NCBI RefSeq assembly: GCF_001194135.2
Contig: NC_068989.1
Location: 12,602,177-12,666,176, forward strand
Direction of reading: 5' to 3'
DNA length: 64,000 nucleotides
Source of the DNA: Octopus bimaculoides
Taxonomy: Eukaryota
A model generated the notes under the pieces. The model saw only the letters and a list, made by a program, of their open reading frames with translations. It did not search any database and was not told where the DNA came from. This document shows positions 13,601 to 28,684 of the stretch, in pieces; the stretch's first letter is position 1, and each line of letters begins with the position of its first letter. A program made the position numbers and the translations under genes.

Positions 13601-16140
13601 GAGCATTGCTTCTGAAACATATCTTTATCTACGGACCTCTTTGATTCTTATTTTATCCAGTGGGTACTCATAGCCAAACGATACTTAAAAAAATCCTACT
13701 ATATTTTTGTAACCAAATATTATTAAGAACTGTATTTAAAATATTCTTAAAATATTTGGTGTATTGTCGAAGTATACTTAATTTACAAAATCTTACATGG
13801 ACCCCAGAAGAACTACATGTTGTGAACCACTGCTCGTGACCCAGCAAAAACAAGAAAGGAAAAGAAAAAGATCTTCACAGCAGTTTCTCTCATTTTTTAT
13901 TTAGGTCACAATTTTGGCATTCTGATTAAAATTATATATGTGAACTACAATATCAAAGAAATACCACTTGTGAAATGACCTTATAGAAAGGACTTTTGTA
14001 ATATCAGTGCTGGCCAATGCTGCGAAACTTTATCCCTTTGCATGTGACTGGTCTAGTGCAACTCTGTGGTATTATGCACCGAAACTAACACTCCACTTAC
14101 TTTCATAGTTGCAGAAATTAAGAGGCGATAATCAATTAAGCATATTTGATTCAAACCAATTAATCTTTCCTTACAATATTCCATGCTGTATATCATTAAA
14201 TCTGACGTATAATATTCCACTTGCATGTCACAGTACTGCTTTAATTTCTTGACACTTGATTTATGTGAAATAATTAGATAAACAAACACCAAAATATATA
14301 TTTATTGGCTGTATCATACAAACGTTACATTCCGGAAGCCTAGATTCAAACGATAACTTGTTCATCAAGTTCATTCGTTTTGGTCCCCGGGAGAGAGCGC
14401 TGGGAGGACTGAGTGACTAAAAGAACGGGCTATTAAACTCTAGCTGTCATAGCGATTATTAATTAATGTTGCAGTTAATCTATATAAGCATAGGTAATTA
14501 TGAAATAATCGCTTAAAAATCTGAAGTTTTACATTAACATAGGAAAATGGGTGGTAAAATTAGGTGGCTTACATGATTGGAATTATTCAATTATAGTTTA
14601 TGACCATGGATATACTACTGAGCAGAGTGAACCAAGAAACCATGATATATTTTATATCGTTAGATATTACAACATCCTTAGTTCAAATCCCACTGGTGAT
14701 AAAAACATTTTCAGTTTTACCCGAATGAATATGTTTGTACTTATAAAATGGTCGTCAAAGTTTAATTACACGTAAAATGTTGAAGGAACTACAGGCAATT
14801 TCCAGGTCATTTTGGTACGTCAAAAGGTATTGATTCCCTGAAGATTTCCAGTCGTCATGTATGTAATATTGTGGATTAAAATCTCCAAGTATATGAAATA
14901 TTTCATGCAATATGCTGACGAAAGATTATAGTTGCACTTAAGCAGTGAGAAATGGTTCCAATAACCTAACCAATCAGTAGCTTGAGAAAATATAAGCAAT
15001 GCCAACAGTAGTTCATTGCGTTAGTAAGCAATCGTTCTTGCCGTGAAGTAGTAGATGGTGTTATTATGCAGTAAGTCGTGTTGCCAACCAGCACATTCAG
15101 TTGTTAATGGCGAAAGCAACAAATATTAGGGTCATATTCTATATTCTCAACAAATCATATTTTACTGATTTATACTCTCAAGAACTACTATTCTGACAGT
15201 AATGAAAGAGAATATATATCTAAAGTTTTGATTCCTTTTATCTTTTTCTTTTTTTTTTTGTTGTGTATCACATGCTATCGTATGTAAGTGGTGTATAACA
15301 CGCTCGGAAGCTTGATGGATGTTCAAAATTTTATATAGGAAGTGAAATTTACTTCATGTAACTTAGGTGTTCGGTGATAAAATTTCATGCTATAGGTACC
15401 AAACGTAAAAGAAAATTAGTAACTGGTGGTGTTGGTGGTGGTGGCGGTGGGGGTGCGGATTTTTTCGACCAAACGCTTCCATGCGGCGTCACATCATGGC
15501 TACCGTTACTGGCAAATATATGAGACTTTGAAGAGATTGTAAAATTGCCAACTTCAACGTCATGATAAATGTTAGCCATATGGTCAGTTAGCTCGTTGTT
15601 CCTTTCTAACTATATCGTGATGTTAGTTTTGAGATATTAGAACAGAATCTAAAAATACATTAAATTCTGTGTTCTTAGTTTCATGATGTAGTTCTGGGAA
15701 CTGGCTATTAGTTCCATCAGATGGATTTGCCATTGATAGATTTACGCGCTGGCTTAAGGTTTGAAAAGCAGTAGAGAGGAATAAGAACGCTGATCTGTGT
15801 GCGAGTGTAAAGTAGTAGTCTGTTACAGAGCTGTGTAATGTCGTACACCCGCCCGTCCCTCACTGATGCGTATATCACGTGTTTTGCATGTGAGCGGTGG
15901 ATACGCATTGCATTTACGTGGATGTATGCATTATGTATTTTCAAATGTTCTTTTTTTGTATTCTTTTGGTAGCAAATCACATCTTGATAACTAACGATAT
16001 TTGTATATAATTGCAAATATTTTTGCTTATATATATTTGCTTGTCTCCTTCTTCATCTGTATGAGTAATCGGCAATAGGAAACTAGAAGTAATAATTTAT
16101 GAAAATACATCTAATAAAATTTCAAATTCTGTCACAAGGT

Positions 16141-16300
16141 CAGGAAGTTCGATGGAGATGGAGTGGGTAATCAGTTGCATCGACCTCAAAAGGATGAAGG
16201 GCAGAGTTGACCACGGCAGAATTTGAACTGAGGACGTAAAGACAAAATACCATTGAACATTTGGCCCAACATGCTAACGATTCAGCTAGCTGACGGCCTG
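16141..16300 (-). mobile_element. SINE family A, degenerate
   Basis: Reverse complement of head and core (gcatcgacctcaaaaggatgaagggcagagttgaccacggcagaatttgaactgagg...gctaacgattcagctagc). Confidence 0.75.
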
Positions 16301-16504
16301 GTAACAATAATGATGGATTCTCCCGTCGAAGATGATATGTGGGCATTCAATTTTTGACTATTTCTTTTTTATAGTGATTAAATGTTCGTGCCACCCATTA
16401 ACGTACTCACTCCATCAAATCGATGTTTTCTGAACAGGTGTATTGTGTACCAAGCGTCAGTTGTCGAGATTATCGCAGAGCAACGTGATATGAAGTGTCT
16501 TTTT

Positions 16505-16600
16505 TTTTTTGCTCAAGAAAACAACCCACCACCAGGTCTAGGAATCGAAATTGCAATCGCTGGATTTTCAGTGCAATATCCTGACCATTAGGCCATGTGA
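16505..16600 (-). mobile_element. SINE family B-like head fragment
   Basis: gctcaagaaaacaacccaccaccaggtctaggaatcgaaattgcaatc...ctgaccattaggccatg resembles the reverse complement of the family B 5' end. Confidence 0.6.
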
Positions 16601-16649
16601 TCTTGCCATAAAAGAACAACAGCAACAACAACTAGAGCAATAATAACGG

Positions 16650-16845
16650 TAATGATGATTGTTTCATATTTGGGCAGAAGAACAGCAATTTTCATGGAGG
16701 GGTAAGTCGATTACAGCGACACCAACATTCAACTGGTACTTATTTTAGCGACCTCAAGATGTTGAAAGACAAATTCAACCACGGGAGTATCTGATTCCAG
16801 AACGTAAAAGGGACGAAATGCCGCTGAGCATTTTGCCCGACACCT
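16650..16845 (-). mobile_element. SINE family A, degenerate
   Basis: gtaagtcgattacagcgac...actggtacttattttagcgacc...gacgaaatgccgctgagcattttgcccg matches the reverse complement of family A. Confidence 0.75.
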
Positions 16846-16849
16846 GCGA

Positions 16850-17014
16850 GGTCATGCGATGTTTATCTTGATATGAGATCACCATGTCGCGCACATATGG
16901 TTGTGATGTATGTGCCTGGTGTACCCTTATCAGACGGGTTGTCATGATGGGTATTCTGGGCTTCGTATAGTTTACCCCTGTGTCACTTTGATCGCATGCA
17001 CTGCTCTCTCACTC

Positions 17015-17090
<76 letters not shown>
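16850..17090 (+). mobile_element. Probable 3' end of a non-LTR retroposon ending in an (AAT)n tail
   Basis: A GC-balanced ~165-nt segment ends gcatgcactgctctctcactc and is followed directly by ~24 perfect AAT units. Confidence 0.55.
17015..17088. repeat. (AAT)n microsatellite
   Basis: Direct reading. Confidence 0.98.
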
Positions 17091-17095
<5 letters not shown>

Positions 17096-17433
17096 CACGA
17101 AAAAATATTGTGTAATTCCAAAATCATTTTAATTTGTAAACATAACAAAAGTAATTTTAAATGCACAAAATAGCAAACACATTATACTGACATCTTAAGA
17201 TCGCATTATCATCTTATAAACACATTACTTTTAGATAAAACTTTTAGTTTTCTTATTTTTTTGCCAAACATTCTCTCGAATAACACTTTGTAAATATTCA
17301 TAAACATGGCAGTTATTAACCACCCCAGGCATAATAACGACTTTAACTTCAGAATTGTTGTCATTTGAAGTCTCCAGATGAAACTTGGAGTCAAATTGTA
17401 TAAACGCACAGCCCACACACTCATATACCTATG

Positions 17434-17471
<38 letters not shown>

Positions 17472-17498
17472 CAGACACGCACACACACACGTACATAC

Positions 17499-17548
<50 letters not shown>

Positions 17549-18345
17549 CATGTATTTATACTTTAAAAATTCGTAAGTACGTGGTTCTTCATTATGCAGA
17601 TACAGTATACCACAAAGTATACGAAATGCTTTTCATGAGTCAGTAGTACTACGTTCCATTGCATTATTTTCTTAAAGTTATTTCTACAGATACACAATAG
17701 ATCTTACAGCGAGCACTGATTTTTCCTACAACGCTTCGTATCGAGACGACAGATGTATACGGACAAAGTGATCGAAAACAAAGTGGATAATGTGTTTATA
17801 TGCCATATTTCGGGGATATTTTCCCCTTCTTCAGCACTCATCTAACCCACCATGGCCTCCGAACAAATTGCATATATAGCATATACACTGATTACCCACT
17901 TCTGTCTTCAGTTTTATCGTCTGTTCACATCCAATAGAATATATGTAGAAATAACTTTAACAAAATAACGTAAGCGCACGGCTGACGCAATAGATCACGT
18001 AATTACAATTCTTTAATGTTTACATACCGATTCCAGGAATACATCTTATATGTAAATTGGTATATCCAATAACTTAACACTCCTGTATGCAGTGGCTCTA
18101 TAAGCAATGTGTTCTGAGAAAATGGTGGGTTATATGAGTGCTGAAGGGGAGGCAACAACCCCCGAAATATAGCATATACAGTCATTATCCACTTTTGCTT
18201 TCCATTACATTGTCTGCTTACGTCTGACGTCTCAATACGAAACGTTGTAGCAGAAATACGTGCTAGCTATAAGTTCTATAGAATATTTCTAGAAATAAAC
18301 TTAAAACACAATAATATACGTATACAGAAATATATACATACATAA

Positions 18346-18386
<41 letters not shown>

Positions 18387-19019
18387 NNNNNNNNNNNNNN
18401 NNNNNNNNNNNNNNNNNNNNNNNNNNNNNNNNNNNNNNNNNNNNNNNNNNNNNNNNNNNNNNNNNNNNNNNNNNNNNNNNNNNNNNNNNNNNNNNNNNNN
18501 NNNNNNNNNNNNNNNNNNNNNNNNNNNNNNNNNNNNNNNNNNNNNNNNNNNNNNNNNNNNNNNNNNNNNNNNNNNNNNNNNNNNNNNNNNNNNNNNNNNN
18601 NNNNNNNNNNNNNNNNNNNNNNNNNNNNNNNNNNNNNNNNNNNNNNNNNNNNNNNNNNNNNNNNNNNNNNNNNNNNNNNNNNNNNNNNNNNNNNNNNNNN
18701 NNNNNNNNNNNNNNNNNNNNNNNNNNNNNNNNNNNNNNNNNNNNNNNNNNNNNNNNNNNNNNNNNNNNNNNNNNNNNNNNNNNNNNNNNNNNNNNNNNNN
18801 NNNNNNNNNNNNNNNNNNNNNNNNNNNNNNNNNNNNNNNNNNNNNNNNNNNNNNNNNTATATATATATATATATAAAGAGAGAGAGAGAGAGAGAGTATG
18901 TTAGTCATGCCCGGTTCATAGGATTACTCAGGTATTTGTCCCAATAAAGCTCTACACACGTCTCCTCAGACCCTAATAGCGAGTCTCCTACAAACTCTCT
19001 TGAAATTGGAGGAAGCAAA

Positions 19020-19260
19020 TGCCTTGAGGTTAGTTTTAGAACACACAGACAGGACAATGCACCTCCACATGTAACCACACGGGGAAAATTCTAGAAAAAT
19101 CGGGTCCCTACATCAACGGGAGAAAACGTTGCAAGATGTGCATAGCTGAACGAGCGAGGATTTCAATGAACTCCCTCAACCCAGGGAATATCTTAATTGC
19201 ATTATGGAAGTATTCAGACCTTGTTTACACTTCAGCCGATTCCTACTGAAAGTTTATAGA
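19020..19260 (+). mobile_element. Possible Tc1/mariner catalytic-domain fragment
   Basis: Reads QDNAPPHVTT at ~19050-19079, resembling the second-Asp motif; downstream similarity is weak. Confidence 0.35.
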
Positions 19261-19641
19261 TGAAGATCGTAGATAACATATCAAATTCGATCCTTAAATT
19301 TAAAATAGTATATCCTTGTGAAATTTTATCTGTAAATTTAGAGCAGAAAAACCATATCAACATTGATGTATAATTTACAAAAGAAAATGATACGAGGAAA
19401 GATTATAGATTTAACACTTAAAACTCAGTAAACCAGTATTGATGTTTGTGGGGTCTAGGTAAATTTTGCTATCAAAAATCATATTGAAGACTCACTTAAC
19501 TTTGTATACGTTTTATAAAAGAATTAACGACACTGAAGGGTCTCTATGTCCTCCTGACCCACAAAATGATTCAAAACCAGAAATACATGCTATGATCTAA
19601 CTCACCAATTGTAAAATACTATTAATGCTTAGAGAAACGAG

Positions 19642-19674
<33 letters not shown>

Positions 19675-20211
19675 CATGACGGTCCAATTTACAATTGAAT
19701 TGCATCAGGATTTGTAGGTTAAACGCTTGATTCGAGGACAACTGGCAATGAAAGCGTGAAAGCACGAACTAAAGAAACCAAACAGATTTGTGTTCATTTC
19801 CGCTACACTGTCCATAAATCCATCTAAGTTCTCAAGAATAGAACAAGATTCTAGTGTAACTAGAATGAGTAAAGCTACTTGAAATGTAATTCAGAATACT
19901 AAATCTAGAATGTAAAATAATTGTAAGTTTCCTGGTGGAGGATGTGAATTATTCAGATAAAACGATATAAATCGTTAATGGATCTTGTCTATTATAAGTC
20001 TTCAACAAGACTATTAGAGAACAAGAAGAAAATAAGTTTGCCAATCTCCTTAGAATAAGAACTATCTTTCACACTTATTTTAATAACTCAAGTGCTTTTA
20101 TAGAAAATTCTAAATTGTTTTTCACAGCTACTTTTCTCTGCGATTATCTTCTACTGACACCGTTATCAATCATTAGGTCATCATTCGGCACCAACAACAT
20201 ATTATTATGAT

Positions 20212-20541
<330 letters not shown>

Positions 20542-20542
<1 letters not shown>

Positions 20543-20778
20543 GCAGTGAGCTGACAGAATCGTTAGCACACCAGGCAAAATATTAATCGGCATTTCGCCT
20601 GTCATTATGTTCTGAGTTCAAATTCCGCCGAGGTCGACTTAGCCTTTCAACCTTTCATGGTTGATTAAGTAAACACCAGTTACGCACTGGGGTCGATGTA
20701 CTCGACTAAATCCATTTGTTTGTCCTTGTTTGTCCCCTCTATGTTTAGCCCCTTGTGGCCAATAAAGAAATAAGAAAC
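20542..20778 (+). mobile_element. SINE family A head and core with an alternative 3' tail
   Basis: gagctgacagaatcgttagc...gagttcaaattccgccgaggtcgacttagcctttcaacctttc..., then tail ccatttgtttgtccttgtttgtcccctctatgtttagccccttgtggccaataaag, which differs from the 4901 copy. Confidence 0.85.
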
Positions 20779-21456
20779 ACACACACACAAACACATAATT
20801 ACCGTCTGCCAAACTATCTGACACAAGATTCGCTTGTGTTTGATTATAGTAGAAATCATACCTTGAAGGATTGAAGCGGAATACCTCATACTCACCCATG
20901 TAAATTTATGCAAATGACTCAATGTGTGAAAGACTTGTGTATTTGACTTACAATCAATACATTTATGAAGACAATATAAAAATATACTTGCATGTGCCAT
21001 TACACTTAACAGGTTAGGATACAATCAGGGGTGGAGAGAATTTCCGCTGCAGAAATAATCTAGCAAAAAGAGTCTCCAGGTAGACAATATGCGAGGAAAC
21101 ACTTTATTGATGGAATTTCACATATATTGTCTATGAGAAGAATTTTCTGATAAACTTATTTACGCAATGATTGGTCTTACAACGTCAGAATGTAGACAAT
21201 CTTCTTAAATACCAAATTAAAATTTGGAATTTTTTTGCGGAGGGTGAAAGTGTAATCAAGAACAGGACAGTGAGACAGTAAAAACAAACAATAAGGGCTG
21301 TTAGGCCAAGACGATAGAATAATTGTTTTTTTTGAACGCTAGTAGACGTGAATGAGAGAAGAGAAAAGTGACAGAAAAATCACGTCTTCTCATTTCTGCA
21401 CCTTCTTTCACTCACTACATCATCCCCAGCAACTCTCTGAAGAAACGTTGGTACTG

Positions 21457-21498
<42 letters not shown>

Positions 21499-21999
21499 TA
21501 TATATAATGCAGGTTTGTGAGTGCATGTGAATGTGTATGGGGAGACAGAGAGAGGAAGAGTGGAAAGAGAAAGCTAGACTGACAGTTAGAGAGATAAATG
21601 TATATATGACAGATACGTCTTTTCGTTTTGGTTGTTAGTGTGACTGTGTCTCCCTTGTCTGATGTATGTTTTCTGTCAACGGAGTAGATGGTCAAACGCT
21701 TGATAGTGAGCAGCGTATTTAGTTGCAGTGTTTAATCAATTAACGCCTTTATTGTATTCTTTTTGCTACAAACGTTATGGGTTAGTCCTGTCTCATACTT
21801 GCCGACATCTTTGACACTTACATAAGTAGGTCCGCCAAATTAATAGCAAAAGCACGATACAAATTGGCTTTTTTTTTTCAATAGTTATATATCAAAGTAA
21901 TTTCCACATCCTATTCCTCCCCTAGACTGAGTCTCACCAAACCTCATTTCGAAATGTATTGTCTGGACATATGGAGATTGGTTTGAAATTGATACTTCT

Positions 22000-22300
22000 C
22001 TCACTAGCGTATGACCAACAATTCTATCTACTAAATCTCGTTGCGTTTCTTCCACTCGTAATCGATAAAAAGATATGTTTGTCTACTCTAAGTATTTCAT
22101 CTGAAAACACTTCTGCTATAAGTATTCCTCCTTCGAGGATATCAATCTCATATTTCCTATATAACTTCTTCGAACACGAGGAGTCGAACTTCAATGTTGG
22201 TGATTATGTGAATAATATTGGCCACAACTGTATTCTAAAATATGAACGCGTAGAGCCAGAAGTAAGTTAAAAGCCATTTGATTCTCTGTTCATCTCTTCC
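22000..22300 (-). mobile_element. Possible degenerate LINE RT C-terminal fragment
   Basis: Minus strand contains VHILEYSC, resembling RPxLEYC; the rest is heavily decayed. Confidence 0.25.
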
Positions 22301-22786
22301 TTGATATGATACCACATATCTCAGTCAAAATAAATATGAATAACTACCTAAAATGAAATTAAACAAATTGTAATACTTCTATATTATTTATATCTAACAG
22401 AAATATTGTATTTATTAGAGAAAGATGATGAAAAAAAAAATTCAGCTAAGAAAAGAGAGAAAGAAAAATTGATCAGACGACAAGTATGAAAGTAAATCAG
22501 ATTTTATGTATCGGCTAATCAGTTTTACGATAATGGCTCAGGATTATATTAACAGGTGAAATTAGTCGCTTAAGAAGAATTATGAATAATATAACAAAAA
22601 ATATTAACCAATTTCGTTGTAAAATAAAACCTACTTTCAGATCTCCTTTAACAAGAAAAACGACTTTATGCCATGGAGAAAGAAGTGCAAAGCCATTTCT
22701 TTGCATGTGAATACATACATGCATACATCCATGCATACATAGCTAAATATTTACTTACACAAACACGTAAAAATATAAATGCTATA

Positions 22787-22823
<37 letters not shown>

Positions 22824-23043
22824 NNNNNNNNNNNNNNNNNNNNNNNNNNNNNNNNNNNNNNNNNNNNNNNNNNNNNNNNNNNNNNNNNNNNNNNNNNNNN
22901 NNNNNNNNNNNNNNNNNNNNNNNNNNNNNNNNNNNNNNNNNNNNNNNNNNNNNNNNNNNNNNNNNNNNNNNNNNNNNNNNNNNNNNNNNNNNNNNNNNNN
23001 NNNNNNNNNNNNNNNNNNNNNNNNNNNNNNNNNNNNNNNNNNN

Positions 23044-23372
23044 GATTCCCAGACCGGGCGTTGTGCGTGTTTATTGAGCGAAAACACCTAAAGCGCCACG
23101 AGGCTCCGGCAGGGGATGGTGGCGAACCCTGCTGTACTCTTTCACCACAAATTTCTCTCACTCTTACTTCCTGTTTCTGTTGTGCCTGTAATTCAAAGGG
23201 TCAGCCTTGTCACACTGTGTCACGCTGAATATCCCCGAAAACTACGCTAAGGGTACACGTTCTGTGGAGTGCTCAGCCACTTGCACGTTAATTTCACGAG
23301 CAGGCTGTTCGGTTGATTGGATCAACTGGAACCCTCGACGTCGTAAGCGACGGAGTGCCAACAACAACAACA
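23044..23372 (+). mobile_element. SINE family B, 5' end lost in assembly gap
   Basis: gattcccagaccgggcgttgtg...gacgtcgtaagcgacggagtgcc followed by (aac)n tail; colinear with the 40275 copy. Confidence 0.92.
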
Positions 23373-23866
23373 GTATATATATGTATATGTATATATATGT
23401 ATATAATTATACACACACATATATGTATATATAAAGAAAGGAAAATGTGTAATGGCACAGATATGAATGTATGTATATCAGTGTATTCATATGTGTTTGG
23501 ATAGCTGATATGTGTATATAAATATACATACACACATGCACAAGTTATACTTTTCCTAAACATATCGTTTTATGTTTTTAAATCAATAGAATGCGGGTTG
23601 ACGATTCTGAAAGTTGCCTGTGCACGTATTTAGATAAACTAGAAATGGGAGAGTCATTTCGTACAATTTTCACCATCATTGCTTTGAATCCACTCAGCTT
23701 TGAATGAAACGTCAACTGTCAGGTTATTTAACCACCAAATATTAAATATCCAAGATCATGGCCTTTGATAATTATACTTACTGCAGGATACGAATAAAAA
23801 TCAAATCTCTCTGGTGCAAATAAAAACACTGGTGTATAGATACATACACAACTCTCACTCTCTGTC

Positions 23867-23897
<31 letters not shown>

Positions 23898-24141
23898 CTT
23901 TCTCTGTCTCTCTCTCTATATATATAAGTATATATATATAGAGTTATTAATATTTCTAAGTCTCTCGAAAGGAGACTACGGCAGCGGTACTGGAAATTAA
24001 TAGTTATCGTCAAGCCAACATGGCAATACACACATATAGTTATATATATGAATAAATATATATACAGATATAGAGAGAGTAAGATACATAGCTATATATA
24101 CATATATACATATATATATATGTACATATATATACATATAC

Positions 24142-24182
<41 letters not shown>

Positions 24183-24564
24183 NNNNNNNNNNNNNNNNNN
24201 NNNNNNNNNNNNNNNNNNNNNNNNNNNNNNNNNNNNNNNNNNNNNNNNNNNNNNNNNNNNNNNNNNNNNNNNNNNNNNNNNNNNNNNNNNNNNNNNNNNN
24301 NNNNNNNNNNNNNNNNNNNNNNNNNNNNNNNNNNNNNNNNNNNNNNNNNNNNNNNNNNNNNNNNNNNNNNNNNNNNNNNNNNNNNNNNNNNNNNNNNNNN
24401 NNNNNNNNNNNNNNNNNNNNNNNNNNNNNNNNNNNNNNNNNNNNNNNNNNNNNNNNNNNNTATATATATATATATATATACATCCATGTATACATCCGTG
24501 TACCTATTTAGACGCACACAAACATTTAAGGATACCGAGAACAATGTGCGAGTGTGAATGTGTG

Positions 24565-24601
<37 letters not shown>

Positions 24602-24782
24602 GTGTGTATGTGTGTGTGTGTGTGGGTGGGTGGGTGGCTTTGGGTGTTTGGCTGTGTGCGTGGAGAAAACGAAATCGTAAAACATGCTTACGAAGTTAAA
24701 AAAGCTTGAAAGGTTACTTATGTCAATTATTATCACCCGCACGCGGACACACACAGCCGCACACAAACGCACGCACAAACAC

Positions 24783-24818
<36 letters not shown>

Positions 24819-26244
24819 ACACGTAGACGCACATACATGCATGCACGTATCCACACATATACAAATATGTATACAAACATGATATATGCAAAGAGAAAGA
24901 GTATTCATGTAAAATTATGTGTGCGTGCATTTGCAAAAATGCACACATACATATATACTTGCATTCCTACATGAATACATACATACATTACATACATACA
25001 TACATACATGCATGCATACGTGCATACATACATATATTCCTACATGGATACATACATACATAATTACATACATATTCTTTTATTACATTCAATCACTGCG
25101 TCAGTCGTCAGGTTTTTCCATTTCATAGTTATGTTATATTGTTAAGAATGGAAATTGTTCTATGATAGTATACGCAACCTTCAACAATTGGCTGCTGTGT
25201 TCTCCCAGGAAGGAATTTATCCGTCATATTACAACAAAATCGCCTATACTATTTATGATGTATTCAGATGCACAGTTACACTCTCCAGGGCCGCTATCAT
25301 ATTATTTCAATAGTTAGTACATTTTCGGCTTTTAAATGGATGAAAAAACAGAAACAAGAAGCATCTAACAATTTTTGAATGGATGTTTTCTTTGATGCAG
25401 TAATCCGGAACATCCCCCTCCGGTATCTTCCGCTCTCTTTCAGTATCTTCCTGAATACCACAAAACGCACACAGACGCTCAAACACACAGAGATGCAGAT
25501 GTTTAAAACATTCCCAGTAATTAAGACATGAAGCAGCCATTATCTTACAAGTGAAAACCATTTCAATTTCTTATATGTGTATATATGTTAGAGACCAAAG
25601 CTGTGACCACTCATCTAAACCACAGAAAGAACAGTTATTCTTTATCCAAGATCAACATAATTGTTTAACTTGTGATGTCATTAATCTCTTGGTGACGAGC
25701 GTATCATATGAACTAAGAAGATAGTAGTGCTCATGTTCGCTTATGCGGAATGTATATATATATATAAATACCCCCACACACACACACGCATNNNNNNNNN
25801 NNNNNNNNNNNNNNNNNNNNNNNNNNNNNNNNNNNNNNNNNNNNNNNNNNNNNNNNNNNNNNNNNNNNNNNNNNNNNNNNNNNNNNNNNNNNNNNNNNNN
25901 NNNNNNNNNNNNNNNNNNNNNNNNNNNNNNNNNNNNNNNNNNNNNNNNNNNNNNNNNNNNNNNNNNNNNNNNNNNNNNNNNNNNNNNNNNNNNNNNATAT
26001 ATATATATATATATATACCAGAGTAATCACATAAATGTGAAACAAAGTGGTGAAAACAGTACTCGAATACCGGAGGTAGAGTAATATGCTTTATTGATAA
26101 GTATACATATGTATTTTATAATAATACACATACACGCACAAACATACATACAGTGGTATGTATAAATATATGGAAACATACATGTAGGTATACGTACACA
26201 CGCATGACTAGATCTGTGTGTATCTATATATGCATATAACACAA

Positions 26245-26307
<63 letters not shown>

Positions 26308-26390
26308 GGGAGAATATACAAATAATAACAACAGACGAGGACAGGTGGTGTAAATAACAAAAGTATATATTAGTATGACGCTCGGGAATA
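26308..26390 (-). mobile_element. Partial copy of the 53845-54046 repeat, lacking the hammerhead part
   Basis: gggagaatat...acaacagacgaggacaggtggtgtaaataacaaaag..tattagtatgacgctcgggaata is shared with 53856-53937. Confidence 0.8.
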
Positions 26391-26534
26391 TATATATATT
26401 CACAGGTGTATATGTAAATTATGTGCTGTAAGGCTGCAGAAACGATAGAAAGGTGTTCCGTTTGACATGAGATTTGACATGGATGTCTTAGCTCTTGCTT
26501 CAGATTAGTAACTTCACAAATAACGTGCATTGTA

Positions 26535-26555
26535 TGAGTGTGTGTGTGTGTGTGT

Positions 26556-26640
<85 letters not shown>
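26535..26640. repeat. (TG)n microsatellite
   Basis: Direct reading. Confidence 0.98.
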
Positions 26641-26641
<1 letters not shown>

Positions 26642-28166
26642 TTGCTTGTGAGTCTGTATTACAACAGAATGACAGAATGCAATTCATAGAGTGGGAAAGA
26701 GAAACATTCTTGAGCAGTAAAAAAGAGACAGAGGAACAAAGCTAGATATAATTTTAATACATGAATCATCACGTATGGGGAAAGAAAGGAACGAGATACG
26801 CAATATATTTATTAATGCCATATATTACAATAGGAGACCCACTCGAGCGCTCTAATGTTATTACATAAGTAATGGTTATCTAAGATTCCATTGCGCTATG
26901 GGAACTACACCGAAAATTGTGAAGTATTTAACATCTTAAATAGATTCCAAATTCCAAACTGTATTGCGTGTCCGACGTATAGATATATAATCACATAGAA
27001 TCACATAGAAGCTCACACAAATATCATTAAAAAGTTATTGCTTTAATTTATATGAGAATAGGTTCGCTATTATTTCGGATATTAATATCAGCGTGTCTTT
27101 CCGAGATATTCTTCACGTTCTTTTGCATTCATTATTACTGAAGTAGAAACATCGAGATTTCGTGATCGATATATCGATAAATGAAATATAAGGAATCCTT
27201 CCCTCACTGATGAATTTTCTGCGGGTTAACAGCGGCAAAAATTCATATTACGTCCTCTAGAACTATATATTCTGTATAATAATACGTAATTTGTAATATA
27301 TGGTTATAAACGCAACCATACATCCGCACACCATTCATTCGTACACGCACATACACGCACAGACACATACACACACACAAACAAACATACACAAACACAC
27401 ACACGCAAACACAGATCTGTCTACGTATATGTATATGTTTATGAATATAACATATATATATATATATNNNNNNNNNNNNNNNNNNNNNNNNNNNNNNNNN
27501 NNNNNNNNNNNNNNNNNNNNNNNATACATACTGTGTGTCTACACACACACACACACACACACACGCACATATATATATATATATATATATGCATATGTAT
27601 TTATGTGCGTATTATATTAATACAGATGTTTTGGCGTAAGCGTAATTATCTTCAGACTGGTGACCTCGTCCGTGTGTTTACAACAAATACTTTTCGCTGA
27701 AAAGCATTTAAGGACCACAGCGTAGTCATACAACAGGTAATAGATTAAGCATTTCAATCACGGACTGTCCGTTTCAATAAGTTTCAGAGCAACCTTCATT
27801 TGCTGAATTACACTCAACAATGTATTATCGCGCTGTGGAAACGGACTTCAAGTCATATTGATTCTTGTGCAGTATTTGAAGATACTTACCATTTGTATTA
27901 AATAATATTTCATTATCATCCTGTCTGAGAACAATAATTTCAGCAATTATCTACAAGTATCCAGCCACATATATATTGTGTTGTTCTGGAGAGGTTTATC
28001 TCTGACGCATATATATATCTAAATTATAAATGAACACCATTCTCGTCTTCTCATGCGGTCAATAGTAAGTTTCGAGCTTTCGGCGTTACTATATTCTACA
28101 TTGCTCCTCACAGAGTCTGTCCACTAAATATTTATGCGTCTATGTTCATACTCGTTAGAGTTTTAT

Positions 28167-28390
28167 TCTCTTTTACTCTTTTATGTGTTTCGGTTATTTG
28201 ACTGCGGCCATGCTAGAGCACTGCCTTTAGTCGAACAGAATGACCTCGGACTTATGCTTTGTAAACCTAGTACTTCCTCTATCGCTCTATTTTGCCGAAC
28301 TGCTAGGTTAAAGGGACGTAAACACACCAAAATCGGTGGCAAGCGATGATGGTGGTGGTGGTGGTGGGGGGGGCAAACACAGATACACAA

Positions 28391-28436
<46 letters not shown>

Positions 28437-28597
28437 GACGGACTCCTGTCAGTTTCCGTCTACCAATCGACTCACAAGGACTTGGTGGCTCCGAGGCTAT
28501 AGTAGAAGACACTTTCCCAGATGCCACGCAGTGGGACTGAACCTGGAACTATGTGACTGGTAAGCAAGCTAACTGCCACACAGCCACCCCTGCGCCT
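28167..28597 (-). mobile_element. SINE family C, full length
   Basis: Tail (ctctttta)n; body gactgcggccatgctagagcactgcc; internal (TA)n; head gccacacagccacccctgcgcct. Confidence 0.9.
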
Positions 28598-28684
28598 ACA
28601 TTGTTTATTGTTATTTATCATTTATCTATTAACGCTATATTCCCTTGCTGCATTTGAATAAATTCCAACATCATATCGGTTTAA

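Noticed and set aside
18212-18255. Hammerhead-like tctgcttac..ctgacgt...gaaacgtt-gtagcaga
   Set aside because: There is no helix II pairing, A9 is missing and the spacing is wrong; probably chance.
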